Positions 12,863 to 26,500 of a stretch of 63,001 bases of DNA are shown piece after piece; position 1 is the stretch's first letter, and the number at the start of each line of letters is the position of its first letter. The notes under the pieces are model-generated. The model was given only the letters and a program-made list of their open reading frames with translations, made no database searches and was not told the origin of the DNA. The DNA comes from Phoronis australis (lineage: Eukaryota; Animalia; Phoronida). Location: NCBI GenBank assembly GCA_002633005.1, contig NMRA01000302.1:191822-254822 (forward strand), in the 5' to 3' direction. Made by a program: the position numbers and the translations under genes.

Positions 12863-14853
12863 AGGAGCTTACATCAGAGGCTGTGGCTGTGTACTTTAGA
12901 AGTCAGAGCTTTACGTTTTGTTATTTACAGTAATTTTGTTTGTGTATGTTGGCATTTTTAACATCATAAATATTCTAGTTAAATAGTTTTGTTTAATCAA
13001 TCGTTCATTTGAGATTGGATGACTTATAGGGTATTGATTAATGCAATTCGCACTTAATTGAAATTTACTGTGTTGATGCAGCGGTTTAAAAGGGTGTTTT
13101 AAATTTAATATATTTTGTAAGTAAATTATGTAACGTATTTTTTATTGTAAATTTTATTTTTATTTTAACATAAATCTGTCTATTGGTCACTTCAGTACCA
13201 AATTAATGGTGTCCAGATTTTGACATTCCAGTAATTAAGTTGTGCATTGTTTTTGTCGTCCAATTGTGAATTAGGGGCTTTTTGTATAATATGAATATTA
13301 CTTGAATCGGAGTCATGGTCTTTGAGATGTCAATTCCCATGTTGGCCAATAGGTATCTACTTTGTTACCACATATGGGTTAATGTGCAGAAGTATCTGTC
13401 TTCAAAGTGGTCAGTTTTCACTGAAGAACCCCCACATGCAATTGACAACTGGGGTTGAAATTATTTCGAGAAGTGGTTCATTAAAATAATTCACTTCAAT
13501 TCTATTGTGTGTCTAGTCGTTGCCTGTTTTAAAATCATTGTTTCTGATGTGATGCCATTATTCTTTAGTATTTTTATAAAGTTTAAGCAAGTGAGATCTG
13601 TTTTGTCTAAGTCGTTGGTGGACTTTTGGTCAAGATGTGGAAACATAATTTTTATACTGGCACCATTAAGGTGATTTCTTTCTGATGTAAAGTTTATGTT
13701 GAACCTTATCAACAAGTCTATTTATTTAGTAAAAGTATCTACAAACTATGGATTTCTGATAGTTGAAAGCCTGTAGAATTATTTCTACTTTTTATCAAGG
13801 TGCCATTTAGGGAGTCTGGTGACCAAGTTTTTATTGTAAAATTTAGCAAAAACGATACTTAAGATACATTCATGCGAATCCAACAGTATCAACATCATGA
13901 GTTCCACTGCTACTGAACGTTCAAGATAAAATCTCAAAAGCTCTTCTACAGTTTTGTAAATTGCCGTTTTGTTTTTATTGATTTTGTGATAAGATTGAGT
14001 TCTTAAAAATCATAAAGAATCTGTTTTTGATAGCCCTTCATGCCAACTTGAAACATTTTAAAAACAACACCAAAACCTGTATAATTTGAAGAACATGGTA
14101 TCTGAAATTGTCACAGGAATCTGGTCAGCCATTTCTGCGATATAATGTTTCAAATTTGGACATGGGCAGGTCCTACATAACCTTAAATATTGAAAGATCG
14201 TCAATCAAGTTGCAGTTGCTTGCTCTTATAAAAATTCAATGTCGAGTGTCCAGAAATTAAGGCTAGCTGTAACCTAGTGCACGAATTTTGTGCCGTGCAA
14301 AATGGTTTCTCAATAAAAGTATTTTATGTGATTTTTGCTTATCATTGTGATTGTATTTTGTTTTGTAGATTAAAACGTTTCACTGAACCGAATAAACCCT
14401 GTGCGCTGTTACTACATCTACGAACTTAAGATTTAGTGAATGATTATGAGTTGTTTATACTGATAACCAGTTATAGTGCATTTAAGGATTACTAATTATT
14501 GAGCCATTTTTATTATTCGTATGGTTCGTGGTATTCCCATGATTCCGCCGATCCTTCTTTGTTTGAATGCTCTGCCATTTGTCATGACCGAAACGTTTTC
14601 CAGTTTGCTTGTACATTCCTCTGACCGACAAGAAACATAGTAATATCTGTGTACCTGATCATAAGCTGAGCCAGTGGCGTCACTAACTTGCCTAATCCAG
14701 AACATTGTGTTGTTCGCTGCTTTTACTGCCGCCCCCGTGCAGCACTGAGACGCATGTGACAACTTTTAAATCGGCTATCAATCCGCGTCCCATCCAAAAA
14801 GCGAACATGATTTAGATCACCGCTCGCTGTAGAATTGGTCACCTTGCTGAGAT

Positions 14854-16105
14854 ACCTGTAATACCTGTAATACCTGTCACGGACAGGATCATTGGGGATA
14901 TGCTGGTGCATTAATCCCCTCCCCAGACCATCCCCGTGACAGCAGAAGGCGCAGANNNNNNNNNNNNNNNNNNNNNNNNNNNNNNNNNNNNNNNNNNNNN
15001 NNNNNNNNNNNNNNNNNNNNNNNNNNNNNNNNNNNNNNNNNNNNNNNNNNNNNNNNNNNNNNNNNNNNNNNNNNNNNNNNNNNNNNNNNNNNNNNNNNNN
15101 NNNNNNNNNNNNNNNNNNNNNNNNNNNNNNNNNNNNNNNNNNNNNNNNNNNNNNNNNNNNNNNNNNNNNNNNNNNNNNNNNNNNNNNNNNNNNNNNNNNN
15201 NNNNNNNNNNNNNNNNNNNNNNNNNNNNNNNNNNNNNNNNNNNNNNNNNNNNNNNNNNNNNNNNNNNNNNNNNNNNNNNNNNNNNNNNNNNNNNNNNNNN
15301 NNNNNNNNNNNNNNNNNNNNNNNNNNNNNNNNNNNNNNNNNNNNNNNNNNNNNNNNNNNNNNNNNNNNNNTTATCAATGAAGACTGTGCTTTGTGGAGAA
15401 TCTCATGATGTGTTTGTCCTTGCGATGACAGCAGCATGTCGTCTGCAAAGGTGCGAAGTCGGCAGTCAGCGCGGTTCAGTCTGGCGAGTGGGAGGGTGTA
15501 GATATTGAACAGCACTGGGGACAGAGGTGAACCTTGGGGTAAGCCTGTGTTGACAGATACCCATTCTGAACGCCATGTACGATGTTTTAGCATGCATCGC
15601 CGGCTGTTGAGGGCACTCATCACCCATCTAATGCATCGTACAGGAATACCGAGATGAAGCATGCCATCCGCAAGTTTTGGAAGTTGAACAGAATTGTACG
15701 CATCTTCTAGATCAAGGCCAACGAGGAGAGTGTTTTCTTTGTTTTCAAAACCTTGCCATATCTCATCCGCAACAGAAGCTGCGTTGGCCCATGAATCTCT
15801 ACCAGGTCGATAAGCACCCATTCCTGGGAGGAGCCAGGGTTCAATTAACTTGGTGATTCTTTGCGCCATGATCCTTTCAGGGATTTTTCCAATGACGTTC
15901 TGCATCACTATGATGCGATATCCCTTGAGTGCACGATGGTCTTTCCCAGGTTTTGGTACAGGAATTAAGAAGGCATCTGTCCAGATGTGAGGGATGATTC
16001 CAGTGGCCAAACTGACGTTGTAGGACTTCACAAGCTTGGCCAGCAGAAAGTCAGGCAAAGACTTGAGTGTCAGGACTCTCACGCCATCGGGGCCAGGGGC
16101 ACCCT
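14854..16105 (-). mobile_element. 5'-truncated non-LTR retrotransposon (I/Jockey-group-like reverse transcriptase)
   Basis: RT motifs APGPDG, LIPVPKPGKD, LDLEDAYNSV, GLPQGSPLSPVLFNIY, FADD; 3' tail of ACAGGTATT repeats; 12-bp TSD CCTTGCTGAGAT (14842-14853 and 16106-16117); empty site at ~55790-55815. Confidence 0.93.
14956..15370. other. Assembly gap (N run) inside a LINE
   Basis: N bases. Confidence 1.
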
Positions 16106-16435
16106 CCTTGCTGAGATGAGAAGTGATTCATGTGTTTACAAAGGATTGGCACTCGATTTTTCCCCGAGACCGTGCTGAGAGCGTGAAATGGCACACTGGG
16201 ACACTGAGCCAATTTCTTCTACTTGCAAAATCTGGTCTCGAGCAATAACGAAAGTATCGGGCCTTTCGAGACCCTAACACCTACTCTAATTTGACTGAAA
16301 AACAATTTGGATCTAATTTCGTAACTGCAAGTCGTTTAAATTAAAATTAAAAGTCACTGATGTAAGGCGGGTTGTGCACTACATGTAGCTGTTTTAGACT
16401 ACGGGGTGATGAACCAGTGCCTGCTATCAAAACGA

Positions 16436-19400
16436 TTTTTATGCGCCCACATATTTATATGCCGTCATCTCCGTCCGTCCGCCCGGGCGGCGTCCGTCCG
16501 GGGTCCGGCGTCCGCTGCTCTATCTCCAAAACCCTTTGACATACATTCATGAAATTTGGCACATATATATATGTTCCATTCATGAATGGGACGGCATGAG
16601 CGAATTTTCGGACGATTCAACTACCGGTGCGCCCCCTAGTGGCAAGTCCTGAAAGGATTTTCATGAAATTTGGTACATGTATGTAGGCACTTATTAGTGA
16701 GATGACCCTATCCTCCCGTTTTTTGGATGGATTCGACGCAGTTTGCGCCACCTAGTGGCCATTTTTACTGTTTTGGAGTCTGTTTTTCTGCGTCCACCTC
16801 TCTATCTACCAAACCGCTCAAAGGATTATTGTGAAAATTGGCATGTATGTGCTTACTATAAAAAAGGCAGTTGACGATGATTTTCCGACGATTTCAACTA
16901 CTGTGGCGCCTCCTAGTGGCAGTTTTTTTTGCGCTTATGGCTGTATCTCCTAAACCGTTCGCAGGATCTTTACGAAATTTAGTAAGTATATTTACTGTAT
17001 ATGATGTCTACTAAGGACGATGACGACTTTTGGATGCCGGGATCTGACTACGAGTGCGCTTCCTAGTGGCAATTTTATTTTTTTACGTTTACCTTTGTAT
17101 CTTCAAAAGTCCGAAACGGATTTTCATGAAACTTAATGTGTAGGCATCTATTAGTGAGTTGACGCTATCGTCCCGTTGACGATGATTTTCCGACGAGTTC
17201 GACAACTGTGGCGCCTTCAAGTGGCAGTTTTGTTTTTGTTGCGCCTACGCCTGTATCCCCTAAACCGTTCGCAGGATCTTTACTTTTAGTTTAGCAAGTG
17301 TATTTTTGTGATGTTGAGTACGGATGACGACGACTTTCAGACAGATCTGACTACTTCTGTGCCTCCTAGTGGCAATTTTAGTTTTTTACGTGTAACTCAG
17401 TATCTTCAAAGGTCCTCAACAGATTTTCATAAATTTTTTAAGATATGCATCTATTGGTGTGATGATGCTATCTGCCTGATTTTGGATGGAATCAAGGTAT
17501 TTTGCACCACCTTATGGCCACTTTTGCTGTTTTCAAATCTTGTTTTTGGTGCCCATCCCTGTATCAACCAAATCATTTGAAAATTGGCATATATTTTCTC
17601 AGTGTGAAGACGACCTTTGGTAACTGATTACTTTGGCGCCTCCTAGTGGTACAGTAGTTTTGTTTTGCGCTCATAGTTGTATCTCCTAAACCTATACAGG
17701 ATTTTTTACTAAATTTTTTGCCAAAAGTTTTATTGTTATCGTAATGCAAATACAATAAAGCCAAACAGTATAAACATTCGCCCACAGTCACGCTCACATT
17801 CATACACAGGGGGGCCATTGGTTGTATGTAGTATAAATTAAAATAAAGGTGCTAGAGGGGCCCATCGTTCCTCGAAGTCGAGATACCTGCACTGGTTATA
17901 TTACATAACCTTTTCTACTTTGTAGTAATCAAAAACAAAATGTTTAAAAAGTGCAAAACATGGTTCTACATTCTGAAGTCTTTGCTTGTGTATGTGGTAC
18001 TTGCCTAAACATAAAAGTAGATTTATGATTTTTGGTCCATTAAAGGAGCCAAAAATTACGTCAAAATGATCAAGTTTCATATCAATTCCGCAGAGGGTTT
18101 TTATCCAGTTTTCAACAGTTTTCCAAAAACTTTGGACACGTAAACAAGACCAATACAAATGAAAAAGATCTTCAGAATGAGAATTTCAAAAAGTACAACT
18201 ATCTGAATTTCTAACACCAATCTTACTCAAAAACTTATTGGTTCCGAGGAGTCTGTGAGTTAAACGTATTTGAAACCATTTAAGCTGGACATCACAAGAA
18301 AAGTTAATAGAATAAGGATAAGCTTTTCTCCACCACTCACGAGGAATCACTGTAATCAACTGTTTTTCCCAATTTTCCTCAAATTTGGGTTTTTTATATA
18401 GTTTTTGTATTATGTGGGTATAAATTTGTTTATTGACTTTTTGTCTCGATATAAGAATGGAATTAAATGTTGTGCAAAAAGGCAAGGTTATCTCGATTTC
18501 ACTACATGGCCTAATTTGAGAATGACGAATAGTTTGACGAATTGCACTTCGAATACCCCAAAAAGATGTAAATGATTGAGAAAACCTGTATTTTTCACAA
18601 AAACACTGGTAAGTCATAAAATAACCATTATGGTTCAACAAATCGTGGATAAAAATTATCCCTCTTTTATACCAGTCATTTTAGAAAACAGACTTTTTAT
18701 CAATCAAAATATGTTCATTATACCAGAGTGGTTCGTAATACAATTCCTCTTTAATGTGATAATCTGAGATACATGTACTAGAGAGTACTTCCCCAACAAC
18801 TAAAAATACTTCTTTCCAAAAGACATTCTTAAAAATTCCCGGGCATTGACTGTAAAATTTGGCCCCAACATGAAGAAGGTTTTTTCCAGCTAAAAAGCGG
18901 TTTTTCATAACAATCAATTTCCAGGAAGATTGATTGACCATCACAAGTCTCACGAACCATGTAAATTTTAATGACTTAATATAACTTTTTAAATGGACCA
19001 TTTTACAGCCTCCGTTGGAAAAATCTTGGATCATAATATTTCTAGCTATCCTGTCATTTTTGTTTTGCCAAATATATTTAAAAAAATGTTTTTCTAAAGA
19101 GTCAACAACTTTGTCTGATGGAGAAGGTAATGACAACAGGAGGTGCGTTAATTTAGGCAAAACAAACGATTTAACTACGGTTATTTCTCGTAGCGTAGTG
19201 AGCGATCTCCTGGACCAACAATTCAAATCTCTGTAAATTTCTTGTATTTTGACATTGTAATTTAAGTCTGGAATTTCTGATAAATTTGTGCTAAACGTGA
19301 CTCCCAAAATTGAAAATTTTTGTTTTTGCCAAGATACATTTAATTCTGGACACAAGCGCAAGTCACTTCCCCTTATCCGACCTATCCGAATACAATGAGT

Positions 19401-20122
19401 TTTTTCTACATTTGGTCTCAGACCAGAGAATTTGTGAAATTGGTCCAGGAGATCAAGCAAGTATTTTAAGGATTCTGTTGTACCATCTAAAAACAAAACC
19501 GTGTCATCTCCATATTGCAGAAGCTTAAGGTCCTTGACATCTGGGATGCCAATACCTTTTATATTTTTATTTTCACGAAACATGATGGCCATTATTTCAA
19601 CACAAATGATGAAAAGATAGGTGGACACAGGATCACCTTGTTTACATCCGCGACCAATTTTGAAGTATTCTGAAGTTAGGCCGTGCAGGATCACACAAAG
19701 TGTAGCGTTTGAATTTAGTAAGCGCACCCAATCAACGAGGTTTTTACCAAAGTTGAAAAAAGATAGGGTTTTGTAGGTCATTTCCCACGAAATGGAATCG
19801 AAGGCTTTCACAAAGTCAATTTTTACTAAATTTAGTAAGTGTATTTGTATGAAGATAACAACAGACGACAACGACTTTCAGGCGGATCCAATGGACGTTG
19901 TCCCCACTAGTAGCAATTTCATTTTATTCTGTTTTCCTTTGTTTCTCTGAAGTTAATTGACAGATTTTTATGAAATATGGCATGTTCCTGTTTTTGGATG
20001 GTTTGTATGTTTTTGCTCCATCTAGTTTCCATTTTTATGATACAAGTAAATAAGTAACCCTAAAAGCACACCATTTGCAATGCATTCGTGGGCGAATTTC
20101 AACGCTCCGCGTTGCTCTTGTT
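16436..20122 (+). mobile_element. Helentron-associated interspersed element (HINE/DINE-1-like) with internal ~150-bp tandem repeats, interrupted by a LINE
   Basis: 5' TTTTTATGCGCCCAC subterminal IR; (CCGT)n microsatellite at ~16470-16515; repeat array; 3' GTGGGCGAAT IR; hairpin CAACGC-TCC-GCGTTG (20100-20114); CTTGTT end; T-rich site with no TSD; absent from paralogous site ~56265. Confidence 0.8.
17717..19819 (-). mobile_element. 5'-truncated, degenerate L1/Tx1-clade LINE ORF2 nested in the HINE
   Basis: IDFVKAFDSISW, GCKQGDPVS, QYGDDT, C-terminal CTF..HLYWSC zinc-finger region; stop codons split the ORF; AATAAA plus A-tail at the 3' end; ~14-bp TSD TTTTTACTAAATTT (17703-17716 and 19820-19833). 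Confidence 0.93.
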
Positions 20123-20252
20123 ATTTAAATACTTATGAAATCAGTCTCGTTTTGTTCTTTGCGAATGTCAGAGGTCATTCCTAGGCTTGACGATCACTAT
20201 GCTGTGAAAGAGCACACCAGCCCAGTGGTGAAATGTAATGTTTGAACACCAG

Positions 20253-20402
20253 GGGCTGGGTTGCATAAAACTTCAAAATTATCCGCTGGATAAGTTTGAT
20301 TGTTGCATGACGTCAGGTGCATTCGTCAACAATAACAACGAAGCGCGTGACAATGCGACGTCATTGTTGCTAGGCAGCGTATAACTTTTATGTAACTGGG
20401 CC
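20253..20402. mobile_element. Harbinger-like MITE present in both duplicate copies (also ~56400-56548)
   Basis: Imperfect TIRs GGCTGGGTTGCATAAAA / TTTTATGTAACTGGGCC flanked by CAG. Confidence 0.6.
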
Positions 20403-23400
20403 CAGAACATTTTTTATAGCTATGTGAAACATTCCAACATTCCCTACAAATTTTTCAGGCAGGAGGGGCTAGTTTTTGTTAGTGATGAACCACTGATCTC
20501 AGCAAATGGGACACACACACCCCTAGCCCTAAGCCCCCATAGCGTCAGCACGATTAAAACGAAAGACCCATTTGCAAGAAGAATGAATGGAAAGTCACGT
20601 TTTCAACGACAGTTGCTCAAAGTACCTCGTCAAGGGTTTTGGAAGTATGTGACAACAAACCCCGTATACTCCGTGTATGAACATGTAGATGTACTATACA
20701 TGCAAATACCACAGCAAGGCCGCGGTAACTTAACTTATCCGTCTTGGCGAATTTCTTCTTCAGTGCGCAACGTAGTGGAATTTTTATTTTTGAACGAAAG
20801 AATGAAATTGAATGCAGATTGCATTATGTGAATGTTCCAACCCTCCCTCCTATATCCTTGTATTACCTCACGAACAACACGTTGCTGCTGTGACTACAAA
20901 GGAGCATTCCAAGAGGACCCACTTTCTTCCGCGACTACGATATAGAACAGTTTCTTGGAAAGCGATTGACGGACAGCAAGTGTACAAGACTAGCAAAAAT
21001 AACTTCCCAACAATATATGGACTACAATTAATGTTTAGTACTGGTCAAAACGTTTGTTGGATTCATTTTAAGTATGCCAACGTGAGGTATCCATTAAAAT
21101 TTGTTTCATCTATACCTATCTCAACAGTGTACTATAACATCTATGGAGCCCATTAGAAATTAAGGAATCCCCATGGAAAAGGGGAGCGGGCCATGTTTTA
21201 GTGTCCATATGGACATCTGCAACTCGGGAAACCATTCTGAACGTTTCTGCGTGCGCTAAAGTCTTTCCTCGTTTACAGAATAATTTTTCCCCCAAAAATA
21301 CATTGATGGGAAATGCACACTTCAAAGGTGTTACTCAACGTGTTTAATGTGTGTAGTACATGTACATAACGAGTTACCTAAGTACCTTGAGACTGTTTAT
21401 TTTCTACTTTGTGTTACACGTTCACTCGGTTCTAGCACGTGATCACAAAACCTTGAGACTGGATTCGAGATTGACCATCATTGTTTCACACTTTGAGCAA
21501 ACCTTCGGTCAGTTTGGTGGCCACGGGCCTTGACTTCGTTGTTTTACTGACAAGTGTATTATCGGGAAGGTATAGCTGCGGCCAAAATCATTGCGACTAT
21601 TATTGCCTTGGATATCTTTGCCTTGGGCCCTGCGTTTTGTATACTTGCAGCCAAATCTTGGGAATCAACGTAGTGATATGCCTCTTCTCTCAGATCGGGT
21701 TCGAATGTTTCTTGGTCTTTCTCTGAAAGCAGTTGAACGCAAAATTTGTGTCAAAAAAGATAAAATATAATGATGTGCATGCAGGTGTATTGTGTACAAT
21801 CGTGAAACTGCTGCGAACTGGTTTTCTGTCAAAATGGCCAATTCCTGGTTTGGAAACCTCCCGGGGCCGTTGCAACACTGGCATGCGTTCCAAACTTAAA
21901 TTCTGAGATAAATGCAAGACTTCGCGAGATATCGCCATGCATTTCATTGCACGCGAAGTTTGTGATCCTTTTAGCTTCCCAAATTATATTCTTAAGTGCG
22001 TCTGCGAAACGATATCCTGGTCTTAGGAAGTGATTTCTGGGTACGGTAAGCAATAACGGATTACCGTCATTGAGGCCTCTCAACTGAGCTTTCCAATAAG
22101 AAAGGAATATAGAACTCATAATTTACTCATAGAAATTAAAAAGTATGAAAACTGACAAAAAATATAGAAATAATGGAAGCAGCTTTTGAGGTTTTGTACA
22201 AGAATCCTCGGCAACAAAGACTCCTCCATTGAGACTCCTTCCAAAGGTTTGAAATAGCCCGTATGTGGGCTCTTTTGGGATCCTTTGGCATGTGTATTAC
22301 GTAGGAAACTGTCATTACGTTGCAACAGAAATAGAATGCAACTTGAGCATGGCGTTTTCTACAATAAATTCAGGGATTAAAACTGCTGTGATTCCACCAG
22401 CGCGTTATAAGAAATCAGCATAACAAAATGAAAGCCTTCTCAGAAGCCTTCGCTCACTGTAGAACACCAAATGTCGCTTTATTGCTTGGCACCAAATAAA
22501 TGTAGATGAGTACACCACACTTCGTTATCTGGTCTTCGAGTTTGACGATTGTGTTGGCTCGTTCGATGGGCCAAATCTTCGTCTTCAATGGAAAACTTGT
22601 CAGGTGAATTCGCAAACCCATGATGTACTTTGCTTATGCCTTTTTCTGCCACTCAAATCAACCCATAATACAGATAAGTTTGAACATTACACGTGTAACG
22701 GACGAAGGAGCATTCTTCGTGGCCGTATCTGAAGAACTCAGGAACGTTTACAGGCAACAAGTTGGTAGCGACGACACTAGACAGTTTTGTAAAAAAATAT
22801 TTAGAAACTGCCAATGTGAATGTGTTCAGTAGCTACATATACTTCTTCAGGTAAGCATTTTTCTATAGAAATATTTAATAATTACAACAACTTTCAATTG
22901 CTATGTTGTCACCTGTCAGCGATGAAACTTCATGAGTCCTGAAAGCCCATGCCCTTAAGAACGACAAGAAATAAAAGTTATGGAAAAAAATAATTGGGAC
23001 AAGAAATCTATAAAATTGTTACTTATATCAACAGCTACAGTGTCAGGACTCTAAATTCACCTTAACTTTGCACAAGTACATACTTTTTATTAGAAAAATA
23101 TTTTGAGAACCTGGACTTCTTATTTGTTGGGTATCTTCACAGAGTTTTAAAAATTTTTCCAGTATACATTTGTTGTTAATCATCTGGAAAATATTGTCAT
23201 CAATTAGTTAATGGAGATCGTGTTTGCGATTTAAGACCGCCTACATTGCACTGTTAGTCACATTACTGACAGCTGTCAAGTTTTCTAAAATTCCACAAAT
23301 TTTTACTACCCACACGGTATACAATACTGTATAATGTGCTTTCGATGATTCAAACATTGTGTGTTCATCTCGTTGCACTCCTAAGCTGTAAAGTCTTTTC

Positions 23401-23542
23401 ATTGATCTTGCGTTTTTGCGTTCTCACTTTTCTATGGAAACGTGCATTTAGTGTGAACTTTTGATCAAATTGCGTGTGGCATTCGGTATTTCCTGATGCA
23501 CTGAACCGACAGCTTGTACTGTATTTCCCAGTACCCACCAAA

Positions 23543-26500
23543 TCAATAACTAGAGTGCTTTTTCGCACCTGGTTCCATTTCACACTGAGGTCGATCTTAA
23601 AAAATCTCTGTTGTCGCCACTGAAATGTTTATTTCAGTGTACATGTACAGTGTATGCTACATGTTTTACTGAAGCAATTGTAAGGATTGTATTCGCCATT
23701 TATCATTTGCATAAAGATACCGGAGCCATATTATACTTGTAATAGTTCACAACGTGCCAGTTTTATATCTGCCACACCCTGACCACTGTATACATCGAAA
23801 TAACTCACCACTGACTTTAAAATTGTCTGAAAGAACTACAGCCGCGTCCTTGAACATTTCTGTGTTACCTGGGACCGTCACGCTGCAACTGTTAAAAAGA
23901 GAAGTTAGTTATGAAGGACACTCTGCTCTGTTCGTATTTTAAACATGTCGCGAAGTCAGCAGGGAAACACCGTGGTGAGGTACATGCCACTACTGCAGAA
24001 AAGTTCCAGTCAATACTAAGAACCGCCGAATGAGACTAAGTAGAGGCAGGTGCCTCAGTTATCTCCCGGCTTATATGGCCGGAGGTCTACAAGACTGACG
24101 ACTATGGCAGGGAATAATCTAGAACGAAGTAGGGAGCATTAGATTATTAGATGGAGAGACGACTGTAAGTAGGTAGCGAACATCATTATATCATTGGACG
24201 GTTCAATAAAAAAGGCGTGGCCAAGAGGCAGTGACGGAAGAGAAGAGTGTCAGAGGTTAGTGGTATTATAGGACGGGTTCACTAAAGAAGGAAGAGCCAG
24301 GAGACATCCATAAAAGAGAGAAGGCTGTAAGGAAGGTAATGAATATAATGTATCATTGGACGGTTCAAGAAGGAAGGAGGGGCCAAAAGGCAGTGACCAG
24401 AAAGAAAACCGTCACATGGTAGAAAATAAGAAAGGACGACTCAATAAAGAAAGAGGGGCCAAGAGACAGCGATGAGAGAGAGAGAGAAGGCTGTAAGGAG
24501 GTAGTGAATATCATTGTTTCATTGGACGATTCAAGAAACGAGGGGCCAAGAGGCAGTGTCAAAAGAAAAGACAGTCAGACGGTAGTGAATATCATAGGAC
24601 GGTTCACTAAAGACGGAGGGGTCAAGCGAGAAGAATGAATGGCGCTGCTGAATATCATAGTATGCTTCATTAAAGAAAGAGGGACCAAGAGAAAATGACC
24701 ACAGAGAAGTTGGAGCTGAAACAAGTCAGTACTAAAAACCATCTGTTTACGAAAATTACATGGCGTCAATATTGAAAGTATTTAGACTGCTTTCAGCTAT
24801 GGGTCATTATCAGATGTTTGGAGAAGGTTGAAAAGAAGGTATTTTAAAAGCCTGGTGTTTATTATAGGCAGTGTTTTGGAATCAGAGTTACCTTAACTTG
24901 TCATCCTTTGTAAATCTGCTCATAATCAACAAAGTTGCAGACGCCGTTATTCGCCCAGTCATAGGATCGTAGGAAAGCTGAGTCGGGAGATATAGTCTCC
25001 TGGAGCGTTCGGTCTCCACTTTGGCGAATGTCACAATGACCAAGTTTGTAGCTAGAAAAAGCAATCCATTATTTTTCCAGTACAAACAAACAAGTCAGGG
25101 TTACCGACAATGTTGTGTAAGTTTATCCTCGTGATGATTTGCGAATAGGTTTAAATATACATGTAGATTGTGCGTGCTTAAAATGGACGTTGTGCGGATA
25201 CATTTGAGACCCCTTGTGATTATTGTTATTTCACGAGTAGTTACTATTTATTAACCTGCGTTGTAAGGAGAAAAGGGTTGAAGCTTGATGATTCCTGTCG
25301 TCAAGGCTACTTAAAGAACCATGTCATCATCAATAACGATGCAAGTTGAGCTTGGATATCCTGAAAACAGTGTTTATAGTGGTAACTCCGAAATTCGGCT
25401 GGATTTTTGTGGAGAGACAATTTCTAAGGATGGTTAAACTAAACTCGGGACTGCCTACAAGTGAGTTGTCTAATTTTTACTTTTCATGATTGTGATGTAA
25501 CATGAAAGCTAAATGCTGAAAGAATGTACTGACCTACTCGACAACAAAATGTGACTCCTCCAAATGATAGATAACAGTAACGGACGCGTTTTGGAATTAT
25601 TTTCCATAATTGGAATGCCCCAATTTCTCGGCCTTTTTTACCTGGTTTTCACTTTCAAAAAACATGAGTGTCACCTTTGTATGGCTCAATTACCGGGTGC
25701 AAATAGATGTTGTTTTTTGGTTGATTTTGTAAAAGAGAACCACACAAAGGAAACGAAATAACTGTGACTTTTGCTTATCTAATAAGACATACGGATCGCT
25801 TGAGAAATTGTTTCAGCAGACGTATTGCAAAACATTTTGTCTCACACCGAATATCAGGAAATGCAAATCAGTAGTTAGCCTACATGTAAGTAATAAATGT
25901 GATAAAGTTATCTACATAACAATTTGAACTCTGTTGTCAATTCAACTGGTGGCGGGAATAAATGGTATCGTGCATTTCTCTTCCTTTAGATGCGCACGCA
26001 TCAGCGTTCGTTTTTTCGTAATATGATCATTTGTCATTGTTCAGTATGGCGGAAAGTACCTTCATCTGGCTCAACAAATCCGATTACAGCGCTACAAGTA
26101 ATTGGGTACTTGGATCCGTACTGTAACATCTTGCCGTTGATGCCGTCGAGTCGCATGTCTGTCGGATATGCTGTAATATAACATGTGTGTGCTTTGTGAT
26201 ATCTATTGCAACCGCAAAATTGCCATTACTGATCTATCAGGAAATCGCCCCCATAAGCACTCTATGCTTGTGATGTCCCTGTCATGATTTCTTGCACCAA
26301 CACCGTGCATTATGTGGTTTTATTCATACAATTTGGAACCCGAGCGAAATCAACGTCTGAACACACGCTGAAACATGACGAAAGCATTCAGATAAATACA
26401 AGTCAGCAATGGCTAAATCATATCTTACCGGATATCTAAAATTTTCATTTCCAAGCTTTCCAAGGTGCAGAATTCGCCATTCGTACTAGCTCTACAAATC

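Noticed and set aside
20400-23400. Short ORFs shared between the duplicate copies
   Set aside because: Frames are not preserved between copies (many indels) and no domain motifs are visible; most likely UTR or intergenic sequence.
25140-25755. Copy-A-specific ~600-bp segment with an exon-like stretch ending in gtgagt on the + strand
   Set aside because: In-frame stop, no recognisable domain, and no TIR or TSD found.
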